DNA of 64,000 bases. Origin: Lytechinus pictus. Taxonomy: Eukaryota. The stretch is taken from assembly GCF_037042905.1 (NCBI RefSeq), contig NC_087245.1, positions 42,968,001 through 43,032,000 on the forward strand, given 5' to 3'. Both the position numbers and the translations under genes were made by a program. Position 1 is the stretch's first letter, and every line of letters starts with the position of its first letter. Below are positions 39,846-55,000 of this stretch, piece after piece. The notes below the pieces were generated by a model that searched no databases, was not told the origin of the DNA, and saw only the letters and a program-made list of their open reading frames with translations.

Positions 39846-41827
39846 AATCGAATTTAATCTTCTTTGTTTTTTAAGATCCGTTTACAGTTTTCAACAAAAT
39901 TGGATGCTTAACTAATTTAGCATTTGTGCAGTGTAAATACCCCTCTAATTTCACCGCAATTGTATGCCCCAAAATCAAATCAATTAGATGTACCCGATCA
40001 CAGTGTCAGTGAGTCCAAACTTCGCGTGTGTCCATACTTCGCGGACGGTCATTATCTAAAAAACTAGCCAATATTCTTAAAATCTGACATCATAAACGTG
40101 AAAAGCGACCTAAAATTACCCTTTGGTGTAAGTTTCTTTAGGATGAGTTCAGTATTCGTGAAAATATTGACAAAAGATCGGCAAAATTGTCACCGTTAGC
40201 GCCCGTTTTGATTTGAAAAAAAAATCTGATATTCTCAACAAGCATCACGATATTATCACCATTTTGCAAGCAGAATTCATCAAGAATGTGAGTTAAATGT
40301 GGTACTAACATATTCTATAACATTTTGCCGTCAATCTGATACAAATATTTCACCTTTTGAGCTTGAGTTTTTATTTAAATCTCCAAAACAACTTTGGTCC
40401 GCGAAGTTAGGTCACACTTATTCAGAACGGTTTTCCAGCACAGCGCGCATTCGCCATAGCCGGGCCTAGCTTATAATATTATACAAATAATGCATGCAGC
40501 CGAGTGCGTTAGTGGAAATGCAGAGCACGCGAGGTTTCTTTAGATAGGAGTCGCACTGTGCACGAGCCGCTTGCGGCGAGTGCCCAGTGTGCTCCATCTG
40601 AAGAAACCGAGCTTTCTCTGCATTTACTTTTACGCACGACAGATCAAGTGCATTATTTGTTTTATAAAATAGCAACACAGAAACAATTTTTTAAAAAGTT
40701 ACAGTACAGTTTTGTTGGACTTCTACCGCACTGGTTTGCTCGAGCGTGCAATGTCAATTTTCGTTGCACACCTTTTGCACTACCGTGCAGTGCACAAAAA
40801 AAGTTGGATGTCATGTGACGCGTATTGACCAATCGCGATGCTTGAAATAATACAGCTATTTTATAAAGCTAGCTAGCCTAGGTCCTAGGATTTTGAGATC
40901 GCGATACCGGCGAAACCCCTAAGTTGACCTAGGCCTACTTTACATTTTCGTCCATGATTTTATAGTTTACGATCTTGCCGTCAATTTGGTAACTATTTAT
41001 TGAATTGGTTTTGTATGAATTGTGAATATTTTGTGAACAAATTTAAGCCTGATGAATATTTTTGAAAAGTCCGCGAAGTTTGGACACCCCATCATGTCTT
41101 GTTAGGCCTACCCTAGCTAGGCCTAGCCTAACTTACTTAGCCTAGGCTAGGCCTAACTTAGTCGACTAGTCTTAGGCAGAATCCGGGGGCAGAATATGCA
41201 TTATTGTACTCATTGCGTGGCTATCGTGGCTGATGACAATTGACATGACGTGGTCGTGGAGACTTACAGTTACAACTACAAGTGATTTTGAGGTAGATCT
41301 AAGACTAAGATAGGCCTAACGTTAGATGTGAAATTATTAGCTCTGAGCCTCTGAGCTAGTGAGTCTGACTCTGAGTGGTCCTTGTAATCGTGCTAAGCAG
41401 TTTCGTGACTTCAGTCCCACCTGTGGTAATTGGTGTAATGTTGATCATGGTGGAGCATCGACAAGCAAAACTCGGCGCTAGTGCGGTTTCGCACCGCATG
41501 TGAGCTAACTAAATAAGCCGCGCTGCTATATGCTGCTAGTGCTAATCTAGGCCTAGGGTGGTGGTGTGCGTGTGTGACTGTGAGGTTTATTCTGTCAGGC
41601 CCGGTGCAAAACCGCACTAGCGCCCAAAACTCGTCAAAAAATCAAACTAAACGGTGAATTTATTGTTCCAACTACATTTCTTTGTATCATTGTAATATAA
41701 GGGTTTTAGGGGTCTAAATTATTTAATGTTTCTAACTTCAGCTGTTCATTCTGCGGCATCAACGACTAACGTAACATTCTGTGTTACGGAAGAACTGCGC
41801 ACTGAAGTTAGCAAAATAGCAACTAAA

Positions 41828-42252
41828 GTCTTGGGTTGAGTAATGTGCCTCACTCGAACACGGTTTTCTGAAAAACTGAGGAAAATTTGAGAGTAAGTAG
41901 TTATAAGATATCATACAGGCACGAACATTTTATCTTCTATGATCCAAGAATTACACTTTACAGGAAGAGTGCTCTTTTTAATTTGACCATATCGTTTTTT
42001 CTCGTAGTTGCAATGCACTAGTGCAGAGTACATTGCAACTCAAGAAAAATTTCAAGAATGAGCGATATGGTCGCATAAAATGAGCTTTCTTCAGCTTCCC
42101 GTAACTCTTGGATCATAGAAGATAAAATACTTTTGTGCCTGGTGAGGTACAAAATCTTTTAACTACATGTACTTGCTTAATTTTACTGTCAAATTTTCCT
42201 AAGTTTTTCAGAAAACTCTGTTCGGGTGAGGCACATTATTCGACCCAAGAGT
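41828..42252. mobile_element. Foldback MITE inside element C
   Basis: cttgggttgagtaatgtgcctcactcgaac...tctgaaaaact mirrored by agtttttcagaaaac...gttcgggtgaggcacattattcgacccaag. Confidence 0.7.
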
Positions 42253-43091
42253 AGACTATTTACTGCGCCGAGTCTCCACAGCCCGAACACGTAGCGTTCG
42301 GGCTGGCGCAGTTAGATAACAACCTATAATTTAGAACATGAGCTGGGATTATTGAGGTGAGGAGGAGGGGTTTATTAATTTTTTTTAGTTATGCGATTTT
42401 CTACGATTTGATCATTTGTACACCCTATAGATCTAGTTGTGTCTGTGAGTGTAAGACATCAAAAACAAACATTGGTATATAGTGAATAGTGATACCGGTA
42501 TTTGAAGTTTATAAATTAAAATGATCTGAAATTTTTTTGATTGTATAGTACACTTAAAAAAAACCCTAGCACAGGGGTCTGCCAGGACAGGCTTACAATA
42601 AACCCCACCGGCCGCCCTGAAGACTTGCATGGCAGTTTGTTGTGTACAACATGTAGGAAAGTGCGATGGCTGCTGAATTGCCTAGCAAGAAAATGTCATT
42701 TTTTGCTCTTTGATTCTGAAATCTGGAAACTGATTTATCCGTGAAAAATTGTAAGCATATCTCATCTACTACCACCATGACCACAGCATCTTTTTTTTTT
42801 TTTGGGGGGGGGGGGTGTGTCTAGAGACCTTCCGAATAAAGACTTATTTCAACTTCGTCCATTTGCTAATGCTACGCGTTCGGGCCAGTGCGGTTAGGTT
42901 TACGCCAGAAATATTATGTAGAATTTCTGTGAGAAACTAGCCTACCTTCTGTACAGTTTTTTTTCTTTTAACTTTGTCATGATCTCAGACTACTGTACTG
43001 TACTCAGAATGTCTGTAAATCCTAGATTGTTGTACTTTTTTTTTTATAGTAAATCTAGATTAATTTTTTCTTTCTTATTCTATTGCAGATC

Positions 43092-46000
43092 ATGGACGAT
43101 TTTGTAACAGAAAAACTGAAAGAATGGGACCTTGAAAGGTTCAGTCAGAACTTTGAAGGTAACTATACGTCTTTTGTAGCATATGTAAAATCCATACATG
43201 TGTATGAATCAAGGACCCAAGGCTTGTTATGAATACTATTGCGTGTGCCACATCTTCAGGTCATATGACATAGGTACATGTACATGGGCATTTCCACAGT
43301 AAAAGGGTACTTTTCAGGAATCAGGTAAGGTTATTAATTCATGTTTCCAATGTGCAATACCCCCCCCCCCCCCAATACAATACAATCTTTAAGAACACTT
43401 CAATGAGAGATAACTTGGCTCAAAAAATACTTCAAACAGGCAATCAATTATAATTTTTGACAAGATGATATTTTTTTTTTTTTTGGGGGGGGGCGTATGT
43501 AGTAACGCTGGACAAAAGTCTGTGTACAAACATATGGAGGTCAAATTATAAATGTTCAATAAAAACTTGCCTTTTTTCAACTGAATGGCCTGATATTGAT
43601 TAGAAGAGATAACATTAGCCCTAAATTCTATTGAATATTGTGTTTTATGCCATTTATAGACATAGTGGTGAACGTACGTAACGTGGACAGAAAATGCAAC
43701 ATTTGTGGATCGAATCATCCAACTACTTCCTCAGTTTTTGACCAGTGTGCATGAGAATTGGCACACACATTGATCTTTGGGTGAAGATGTACAAGACACA
43801 TTTTTTTAATGTGTTCGAAACTCGCTGTCGGCATATCATTGCAATAAATTGGGTAAAAATCTTGCGGATTGAACTATACTTCCTCAGGTTTTCACCATAT
43901 TCTCATGAGATTTGGCACACTTATTGGTCTTGGGGTGAAGATATATAGGCAAAACAGAGTTTTCGAATGGGTCGGAAACTGTGTTGCCATGGTTATGGCA
44001 TATTATGACAATAAGTAAGGGACGTGACGGGCAGGGGTATTAATCACATTCAGTGATGTCTAGTTTATTATGTTGTAACAGCTCTTGCATTGGAAAATCA
44101 AAAAGTGGAAATTACCTATGAAACAGTTATTAGATAAGCCTTCTCTGCAAAACGATTGATAATTAGAGCTGTACTGTGTCATTTTCTAAAGATTGTGTCA
44201 TACAAATGTGTATTTCCACCACTTAATTTGCAGATAATGAAATAGACCAACTTGGTCTATGTCTTGTGAATGAAACAACTGCTAAAGAGCTCATCCCCCC
44301 GTCATTGGAAAATCAAAAAGTGGAAATTACCTATGAAACAGTTATTAGATAAGCCTTCTCTGCAAAACAATTGATAATTAGAGCTGTACTGTGTCATTTT
44401 CTAAAGATTGTGTCATACAAATGTGTATTTCCACCCCTTAATTTGCAGATAATGAAATAGACCAACTTGGTCTATGTCTTGTGAATGAAACAACTGCTAA
44501 AGAGCTCATCCCCCCGGTGGGACCAAGGCTCAAGTTCTTATTGAAATTGAAAGAGCTTCAGGTATGTATGGGTATATAATTTTAGATAAATTAGATGATC
44601 AGTCATTCAGCTGGCTTTGGTACAGTTACATTCTGAAGGAAGGCTTGTTATAAATGATATAGTCTTGTGCTCATTGTGTTTGCATTAGAACATATTGGGC
44701 AGATTTTTCCAGAACCAACCCTACAATGGCTTTCAGAAAATAATCTTGAACAGCTGTTTGCTTGCTATCAGTTTATGTCCAACATTCTACAAAGTAAGAC
44801 TTGCAATATGATTTCAAGATGGTAAAAAATATTTCCACATCAGTTGAGGTGACCTACATCTAAAAAAATTGTGACATTTTCAGCATAGAATTTACGAAAA
44901 TAACAAACTGACAATTTCATGGGCCCAGCCGACGCTGCTTGTACCGGAGAGCAGGTAAACGTCTTATGTTGCGGCTGAGAGCCTCTACCATTTCCCTCTT
45001 TCCCTGTGCATCTTTTGCTTGTTGTCGGCTCTTAAGACCCCCTAAAATTACATTTCAAGGCTTTTGTAGCACCAAAGACCTTATATTTTGTGCTTGTATT
45101 CAGCTCTAAAGACCCCATTTCAGGGCGCCGTTAGGCACACCACCCATCAAAATATAATTTGAGTGCCCCCCCCCCCCTGGATTACTATAGCCACAATACT
45201 CAACAACCACACATTTTTAGCAGAGATCTGTCATTTGCAGCAGACAACAGAGCTATTTCTTAATAATTCAATGAAAAAAATAGGACAGACTTAGGATCAA
45301 TCGTAAGTTGATCTTGAAAGGTAAAAAGCCCAGAGTCCAAAGATAAACTTCAAGAGGAAAATTATGTACTCATAAATTCTTGAACATACATCTTGCTTTA
45401 GGTTGAAATTAAATCAGGATAAAGATTTACATTAATACTTAACTCGGTTTGAGGAAACAATTTTGGATGATTTGTGGAATTATATAAGAAATGGGAGTTT
45501 CACCCTGGAGTTGAAATATAGGTACTACATGTAGATCTGTGTGTGTAGCACTAAATATTTAAAGGGAAATGAAACCCAGACATCTTTGTGCATTAAATAA
45601 ATGCGGAAATTAAATTAGAGAAGGAAAATGGTGAAAGTTTGAGCAAAATCGGATGGTCGGTTCAAGAGTTATGAATATTCAAAGTTTTACTAAATTTGCG
45701 TTATGGCCGTCTATGGGGATCCTTGACGTTGGCAACTCGGCCAGTATCTGTGATGTCATAATGGAGAACTCCCCATTGGTTTTGTACACAGATTTTCACT
45801 ATTTTTCATTTTTCATCAAAAGGACATTTTCCCGTTGCTCGTTATTCAAGTATGATGTGGCTGAAATGATTATGCATGCTTTTATGAAAGAAGTAGGTCA
45901 AACGATTAACTGACCTCTGAGAAAAATGAAATAGCAAGGACCCCCATAGGCGGCCATTACGAGGATTTATCAAAACTTTGAATTTGAAAATCCATAACTC

Positions 46001-49000
46001 TTTAACGGATTATCCGATTTTGCTCAAACTTTCACCATTTTCTTTCTCTAATTTTTCTGCATTAATTGAGTGCAAATAGATGTATGGGTTTTGTTCCCCT
46101 TAGTTTTAGAAGACCTAATCCAATTTTATTGCATCAGACCACATTTTAATGTGGTCTAGTCATTTTAATGTGGTCTAGTGCTGAATGGGTTAAGGTCTAA
46201 TTTCGTTAGTAGTTGGTGTCTTGGTAGTCACTACTGGAATACACTCTTGGCTTTCTTTTTTGAAAAAAAATGATCTGATTTCCCACTTTCCTCTTTTTTT
46301 CCCCCCTTTTGTGTTTAACTCAGGGAAAATTTTCCAGGGACTTGGTGGCACTTTCCTTGGCCTGTGGTTCTATATGACATTATGGAATACATTTGCCCAA
46401 AGTGTGGAGTGTTAATATCCAGAGACTCAAAAGTACTTCTGTGGCACTTGGAAAACATTCACAATGTAATCAAAGGTCGAGTTTTTACTGAAATTGTAAG
46501 ATGCACTCAAGAAGGCTGTCAAAGAACATTTTCAGGCAGGACAGAGCAGTTTAAACGCCATTTGAGTTCACATTTGGGTACTAATGATCCATATGCTCAA
46601 GCAGTTGCTCAGCATTCCGATGATGACTTAGATGATGACCTACCTGAAAACATTGAGAATAATGTTGCAGAAGAAAATACTGTTATGTGGGACAATTTTG
46701 ATGAGGCAGAACTTAAAGAGCAAGTTGTTATGCTCGTTGCAGGTTTATTGGGCTCTAGCAGTGTTGTACATTCAACTGTGAACCATGTCATAGAAAAGTC
46801 AGCATCTTTAATGGAAGATGTTTGTGACTATGTAAAACATAAATGTAGACAATTTGCCAATGCTGTTGGCATCCCAGAAGAAGAAAACACCTTTCAAAAA
46901 CTCCTTGGAGATATAGATGCAATACCACAACCTTTCAAGAGTATGGATACTGAGCACAAGCGAAAGAAATTCTTTGAAAACTGTTCTTCTTTTATTCAGC
47001 CAGAGCAACTGCCACTTGGAATTAGATACATTCAATGCAATGACCGTGCTACAGGAAATGTGCAACAGATAATGAAAACTGTATCATACCAATATATACC
47101 AATACAAAAGCTAATCAAGCTGTTAATTGAAGAAACAGATCTTCTTAAACTGTCTCAGCAATATGAACCAAGCAAAGACGGCTTGATGCGGGACTTCCAT
47201 GATGGCACATATTGTAAGCAAAGTGAGTTTTTCTCAAGCCAACATACATTTAAGTTAATATTGTACATAGATGACTTTGAGGTGACTAATCCGCTCAGTC
47301 CAAAGTCTGGAACCCATAAGCTTGGAGGAGTATACTTCAAAATTGCAAATGTGCCTCCCAGGTATAGATCGCGTCTGTCAAATATCTACCTTGTGATGTT
47401 GTATAATGCAAGTGATGCAAAACTCTTTGGATTTCACAGAATATTTGCACAATTTGTCGAGGATATGAAGCTTTTGGAAACAGATGGTATTGACATTCAA
47501 CATGACAACTTCTATGGAAATGTCAAAGTTAGCATTGCTCAAGTTGTTGGAGACAATTTAGGGATCCATTCCCTTCTGGGGTTTGCAGAGGGATTTACTG
47601 CAAACTTTCCCTGTAGACATTGTAAAATGCACCGTAATGAGACAAAACGTGCGTTAATTGAAGAAAAGGAAGCATTGCGAACACCAGAGAATTACCAGCA
47701 TGACCTTAATCGAGAAAATCTGCAAGAAACTGGTATCAAGTCTTCCTGTGTCCTTGATGACTTAACTCACTTTCATACAACTTCAAACAGAGCCCCAGAT
47801 ATCATGCATGACATACTTGAAGGTGTATGCCCCCTTGAAGTAAAACTAGTGCTTCATGAACTAATTCAGAAGGGATATTTCACTGTAGACCAATTGAATG
47901 CTAGAATTACAAGTTACAACTATGGGTATGGAGATGCAAGCAACAAACCTTGTACGTACTCAGTGAATCAGCTGCGTTCACCTGATGGATCAGGAGGACA
48001 AAACGCAGGCCAGATGTGGTGTTTGATTCGTCACATTGGAGTTATGCTTGGTGATCTCATTCCAGAAGATGATCCTCACTGGGAATTATTATTGGCATTA
48101 CAAGACTGCATGGACATTGTGTTTGCACCAGTGATTAGTAGAGGAGATGTCTTGTTTCTTGAGCAACTGATTAAAGATCATCATATGATATATCTCGAGT
48201 TGTTTCCTGAGCGACACTTAAAACCAAAACACCATTTCATGTTGCATTACCCATCAGCTATGCATTTGCTAGGTCCACTCATAACATATTGGGTGATGAG
48301 GTTTGAGGCGAAGCACAATTTTGCAAAACGCCTTGCACACATTGTCTGCAATTTTACCAACATAACAAAAACACAAGCCTATCGTAACCAAATGCAGCTC
48401 TGCTATTTGGTAATGAGTAGACAGACAACAGTAGAAAGGGAATTTGAAGTAGGACCAGGCACATCAGTAATTTTGGCATCCTTAGAAGATGCTGATGTGA
48501 TTGCTCAGAGTGTTGAAATTCCACTGTATGATGAAGTTTACAGAGCACATTGGTGTAAAGTCCATGGTATAGTGTATCAAGAAAATATGATGGTAGTGGT
48601 TGATAAAACTGGAGATGGAGATCCCCTGTTTGGCAAAATTGGAGTGGTGCTTTCTGTTGGTACCAGTGTCTTCCTGGTGTGTGACCTGTGGGAGACTGTT
48701 GGGTTTCGCCAACATTTCCATGCATATGTTGTACAGCCAGCTCCAGCAAAGAATGTTTGTGTTGTTAAACCTGAGGATCTGGATGTTTTCTACTCCTTGC
48801 ATGCTAATCAGTCGTATGCAGAAGAGGATAGAAATTATTACATAAGCATGAGACATAAATAAGCTGAGCATATGCTTCCTCTGCATACAGTATGCTGTTC
48901 TACATACTACACACTTTCAACCACAACTCACTAGTTCCTGACCCTATGCATACTGGTTGATACTACTCAATCCAAATCATGTACATCAGCTTGGCTGTAC

Positions 49001-52000
49001 CACTTGGATAGCACTGCTTGTACGGAAAGGAGGAGACATAAATAGGTAATCATCATTGCTGGTATTTTGTGGTCATCAAAATAGTGCAGGATTTTTATTC
49101 ATTGTTGTGTACATGTACCAAAGAAGAATTCTGTTACACGGATCTACAGTTGGGCCCAAAGTTTACATACACCTGTAATAAAAGTACTGTACCATCAAAA
49201 CTGGTGCTTTGCCCGTTGGAGACTAAGTACGAGATATGTCATGTTGCAGTCTATGGAAAGTGCGTGTTATAGTGAAATAAAATCGTCTCCAACTGGTTAA
49301 AAGTTAAGCAACCTTTGGCACAAATTGTCAATTCAGTTAATGTCATTTTAGGTTTGAAAAAGTTGATTGCATCATTTATTAATTTGTCACAGTTTTACTG
49401 TGATAATTAAAGTTTTTTATGCAAAAGCCCTATCAATTAAAAATGATCATTTCAGCTTTCATGAAGTTATGTGTATAGTTGTCAAACAGCTTCACGCTTG
49501 AGTGAGTATACATAATGCTAGCAGTTAATTGTCAAAAAAAGGAAAAGGATTATACTCATTATTATTAGTACTCATTTAAACCGATTTTTAAATCAAATTT
49601 TCACTTAATATATCCACTATAGCAAGGTCTTTATGATGGCACACCACTCTCAACTAAAAAACAAACATGAACAAGTAATTAACAACCCATCATTTTACAA
49701 ATTCATTTATCATTAATTTCATGTATTTCTGTAGTTATTTCATTTGATTATATCATTTATTTTTTGTTCTAACAGATAGGAATCTAATATATTGAACTTT
49801 CACAGCTAAAATACACTATGCAATTTTCTTTTGATTGTACAGACATCAAGCACCATGCATGAATCTGATGATGACATTGATGAGCAGCCAAGCACGAGTA
49901 CTATAGGACCCAAGATGCCAAAGTCCAACAATGTAAGCTTATTTCACATGCTACATAATGAAAAAAAAGTGAAAAAAGCAGACTTTCTTACTTTTTATTT
50001 CAGTTGTCTATATCCGGATGTCTGTCCGTCCTGATGATGGTCCAGAAATCTGTCCGCATTTTTTAAATGCAAAAATGTAACCCGTTTCTTATGAGATTCT
50101 TAATGCTGTAACTCATGAAATATTTGACAGAATTTCATCAAACTTGCTACACAGGAAAAGTATAACAGGGCATATTAGAATGATTGATTTTTCGACTTGA
50201 TATGAAAAAGGTCAAAGGTCAAGTCACACTCCAAAATTACGTTTTTAAAGCTCTAACTTAAGAAATATTTGACAGAATGTCATCAAATTTGATATGATCA
50301 TAATATTAGGAATTATGACAATACTTGAGTGTGCAGGAGGGTGACATACCAGTTGACTGGCACTATCAAATTACTCTAGTTCTTTTTGTCTTGCCCACCG
50401 GAGGTGAAGGCGAGACTAAGGGATCCAAATAGCGTATGTTACAAATGTTATAATTCACCTGCAGTGCAATTAAGACTCTCTTATGACACATAATTTGGCA
50501 ACTGTTGGTCCTATGGCAACCAAACTTCGGTGAAAGATGCACCAGGAGCCCGTTGCATAAAACTTTTTACCTGAGAAAACTCAGGTTGTTTTTACCTGAG
50601 TTTTTGCCCTGTGTTAAAGTCAATGGCAAAAATCAGACTAACCTTAGTTTTTAGTTTTTTACCAGAGTTTTCTCAGGTAAAATATTTTATGCAACAGGCC
50701 CCAGGGGTACCATCATGCTGTGGTGCTGTCAGAGGTCACATGGTGAGGTCAAAGGTCATTTGAGGTCATATTGTTAAAGAGTACCTGCAAGACTCTTTTT
50801 CTTATGTTAAAGTTTACCTGCAAGACTCTTATGACACATAACTTGGCAACTGTTGGACCAAGGGGCAACCAAACTCGGGTTGTAGATGCACTTGGGGTAC
50901 CATCATGTTGTGGTGCCATTGGAAGTCACATGGTGATGTCAATGGTCATTTGAGGTCATACTATTTTTGCGGGTGGGTGGGACACATTATGGCAATTGCC
51001 TTGTTTCTTCCATAAGGTCAATTCTGTGCACAAAATACATGTTTGACTCGATACCTTTCCCAATTTGCACAAACTTCATATACAATGTTTTCTTTAGAAA
51101 ACAATGTGCTGTAAGTTTAAGTAGACATAAAACAGTATTTTGGTAATATTAAAATGGAAATACAAGCAGTAAAACTTGAAACTGAAGCTAATGAAATGTC
51201 TTGTATCTTTCTGTTGATTTTTTGCAGGCACCAAGCCATGACAAGAAACGTGAAGTGCCCATGAGTGCCTCTGGTACTCAGTCCAGCTTAAACAACATTG
51301 GAGCCAAGAGGCCAAAGTGTGACTTTGTAAGTTTATTCAATACATAGAAATTAACATCTATAGAACTTTGAAATGATTTTAATGCAGAAGTTAAAGAAAA
51401 GTTAAAAAGGATTTTTATCTCAGAAATAAACTAAAGTCATTGCTCAACAATGTTTCCATTTAAAAAAAATCTTAACTGCATGGCCCACATGAATTCAGAA
51501 TATCTGCTGGCTGGGGTGTTATTATGGACATTTGGAAAAGTTGTCCTTCAAGATTATAAAGGACTTCAAAAAATGAAAATATTATGATATTCCCTCCATT
51601 GACTAGTGTGCTAGAATTATTGTGATATACATGCACGTACCACCATAAATTCAAAATCCATAGATATCTCCATATATAGTGAATGTATGATTTTGACTAT
51701 TTTGGTATTCTTGGCTGTTAATTTATTCATTCACCTGAACATAATTTTACAAGGCAGGTCAGCCAGCACAGTTCTAAAATTTTTGAAATCCATAGATCTA
51801 CATCACAAAGACGCAATGATTTTTGCATAAAAAGTTTCATAGGACAAATTTTCAGAGGTCCAAGGTCAAGAAAGACAGAATTGTACATGCCATGACTGAT
51901 CATGAAGAGGTACATGTATTTGCACAGGAGGTCAGAGACATACCCATCGACTGTGCATGTGCAGTCAAATTTCTCTATTTTTTAAAGATAATGTGTTTTC

Positions 52001-55000
52001 ACTGTTTAGTAATTCATGGGGGTGAGTATCACACTGAGGAAATTGTAGTTACTGTTTGTAGTCACTTTTAATGTGTAAACAATATTAGTGGGGTTTCACA
52101 GTAAAGTTGAAGGGGAGATTTCTAGACATCATAGTCTTGATTGTTGACACAGATCTGATTCATGTAATAGCCCAATTAAGTCAATAGTCCTTGTGGTATT
52201 TTTATTTCTTTGCTCAACACAGGACATGGCAGATATTTTATTGAAGCGGCAGAATGGAGAGAAGCTGGTGAAGGAATTAGAAGAAGGATGCCTTAGTTAC
52301 ATGTCTCGTAAAGATATTGTCAAGACGTTGGTATCCCACCTCATGACCCAGTATGGAGACAGGTTAGAAAAATATTTATTGGTGTGAAATTGATTGTTGT
52401 CCAAACAGGCCGCTTCTGATATAGTGAGCTCAGGTATAAACAAAATTGTGTTAAAGCAATTTCAAGCAAATATTCCAGTCCAGTACGTCCTAAAACATGC
52501 ATTTCTATGTAAAGAAAAAACATCACAAGGAACAATGATATAACTAAATTTCAAATAACAATAAACAATAAATTAAAATAAGAACACAAATGTCACCAAA
52601 TGCAAATAAAGGGAGATTGAGCTTAATGCAAAGTAAACACTGAGAACATGACTTGTGTTGTGCACACTGTTTGCCTGCACAAGTCATTCGCATTGAAGAG
52701 TGAATGCATGGTCATTCAGTAATGTGACACAAGTGTGTAGTTCAACACGCAGCTACACTCCCTGATGTACTGGTTCAGAAGATGAAATTTTCTTTGTATT
52801 TTTTTTACAGACCATCAAAGGATGTAAAAGTGGCAATGGCAAAAGCTATTGTAAGTCAGTTCCCAATGATGAACAACAAGGAAGGTGATGCACATGTAAG
52901 TTGTAGAGGAGTTCTATTATACTCTTCCCCCACCCCCCCCCCCAAAAAAAAAAGATACACACACACATACACAACCCCTAAGGAGGTATCAGGATGAAAA
53001 AAATCTAAAATACAAATATGTTAATTCCTTGAGCTTGATCATGATGTCGTCCCATTTCATTGGTATTTTACAGTATTTATTCTTCTTCCTTTACAGAGTA
53101 TTGTCCTGATTTCTTTTGTGGAATATATAAATCTTTTTTTCTTTTTTTTTTACCCTAAAATTTGGCTTTCTAGTTTCCCATATGCAGTTACATATGACGT
53201 GTGAGAGTTAAAGATAGCTCTTGTATTTAATATCCAAGAAAAATTATATTTTGGACTATTATGTAAAAAAAAGTAATTTTCAAATTTTTCATCGGCTTAA
53301 TGAGTGTTAACACCACTGCCTTTATACAATAAACCATTAATACATCAGTTTAATCATCAATGTTCAATGAATTGCAACCGAGAATGAAGTTGAAGTTTTG
53401 GTCATATATTTGTGAAAATTAAAAAAAAAAAAGATGCTGAGATTTCACATATACAACATCATAGATCTCAATAAATGTTTGGTGTAATGTGTATAATCTT
53501 GATCTCATGTAATCTCAACCATGATCATGTATTTTGTAATTTTTTGCTTCCTTTCTCCTTAAAATTACATAATACAGCTGACCTGGTTTTCTCCTTCACA
53601 AGTGATGGAAAATGGGAAAAAAAAGGATTCCTCAGGTTACCTTGAAGTCCGACTGCGTAATGTGAGAAACAGGTCAACAGTGAAAATTGGACCAATGTCT
53701 AGTTCAACGAAGCCACATCGAGTCCTTACCAGCACAGCAAAGTTGAATCTATCAAAAGGTATAACTTTGTTACTGGTTTTGATTTGGTTGTTGCATGTAC
53801 ACTGTTTGAGTAGGGTAAAATAAAATTAATCTTTTAGATATTTTCTCTTCAGTTTATGTAAGGTCAATATAGTGTTCAGCTATTTGGCATTTTTCCTGTC
53901 TTCAAATTGTTTAACTGGTATTTGCTGAGAGTCAGTATATGTGACAGTACTAGTAATTAATGTTTGAAGTATGATTAAAAAATAATACATTTGCTTCTTG
54001 ATCAAGGAAGGTAAAGTGGTGCCAAGTAAAAATGCCATGCAGAGGTAAAATGCTTAGTTCTCTGGCCAGGAAATTTACCTTATGTTTGTTTTCCACTGTT
54101 CACAAAACTTGCAGATAATAATGTAATTGTCTTGCAAGAGCAAACATCATTGCTATTTATTGCAGTTAAAAAAAGTATTTTATGAAATACATAGTACAGT
54201 AGAAGTAGTAGTAGTACTACTAGTAGTAGTTGTAGGTGTAGTAGTAATAGTACAAGTAGCAGCAGTAGAAGTATTAGTAGTAGTGATGATGGTAGTAGTA
54301 ATTTCATTAGAATAAGTAGTAGCAGTAGTACCACTATTAGTAGTATTAGTAAGTGGAAGATGAACAGTGGAAAGCATACATAAGCTAAATTTTCTGGTCA
54401 GAGACATAAGCATTCTACCTTTGGCATTTTAACCTCTTGCATTTTTACCTCTGACATTTTAACCTGTGATATTTTAACCTCTGACATTTTTACACTGAGC
54501 CACATTTCTAATAAAAAAGAAGATTTTCAGTGGGCAGGGGCAGGAAGGTAAATATTCACTTTTGATCTAGATAGCTTATTGAAATCATGACATATGTTAT
54601 CCTATTTGACATGATTGCAGTAATTGAAACAAAAATCATTATTGAAATTAACAGGTGGTGATGTAGAAGATATTGATGGGAAAATAAAGTGGCTGAAACA
54701 CCACACAGAGCCAAAACAGCAAGTGAAAACTTGGATGCAAGAAACATGCACAGCACGGGCCTCATTTATCCGGGAAAACAAAGTCCTTCCTGCAAAGGAT
54801 CTTCTTGAAAGATTTCCACGTCTTATTGACAGTGATGGCATGGTATGTTGTTAGGAAATATTGTAGAGGCTCTTTCAGGGATTTTATGGGATATCATCTG
54901 TAAAACTGCTGTAGAACATTTGGTTTTAAAATTAAAGTTTATGTGCTCTAAACCTGCTGTCAATTAATTAATTCACCCAGAAGCAAATGGGAATCTTAGT

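Noticed and set aside
44449..46384. In-frame SAM-transposase fusion protein
   Set aside because: Exon 2 ends in phase 0. The acceptors at 46323 and 46337 both give other frames that stop at 46377 and 46415.
46609..48886. Minus-strand and alternate-frame ORFs overlapping the transposase
   Set aside because: Shadow ORFs of the long coding sequence with no recognisable motifs
54080..54413. Leu-, Val- and Thr-rich ORFs
   Set aside because: Translations of a (GTA)n microsatellite
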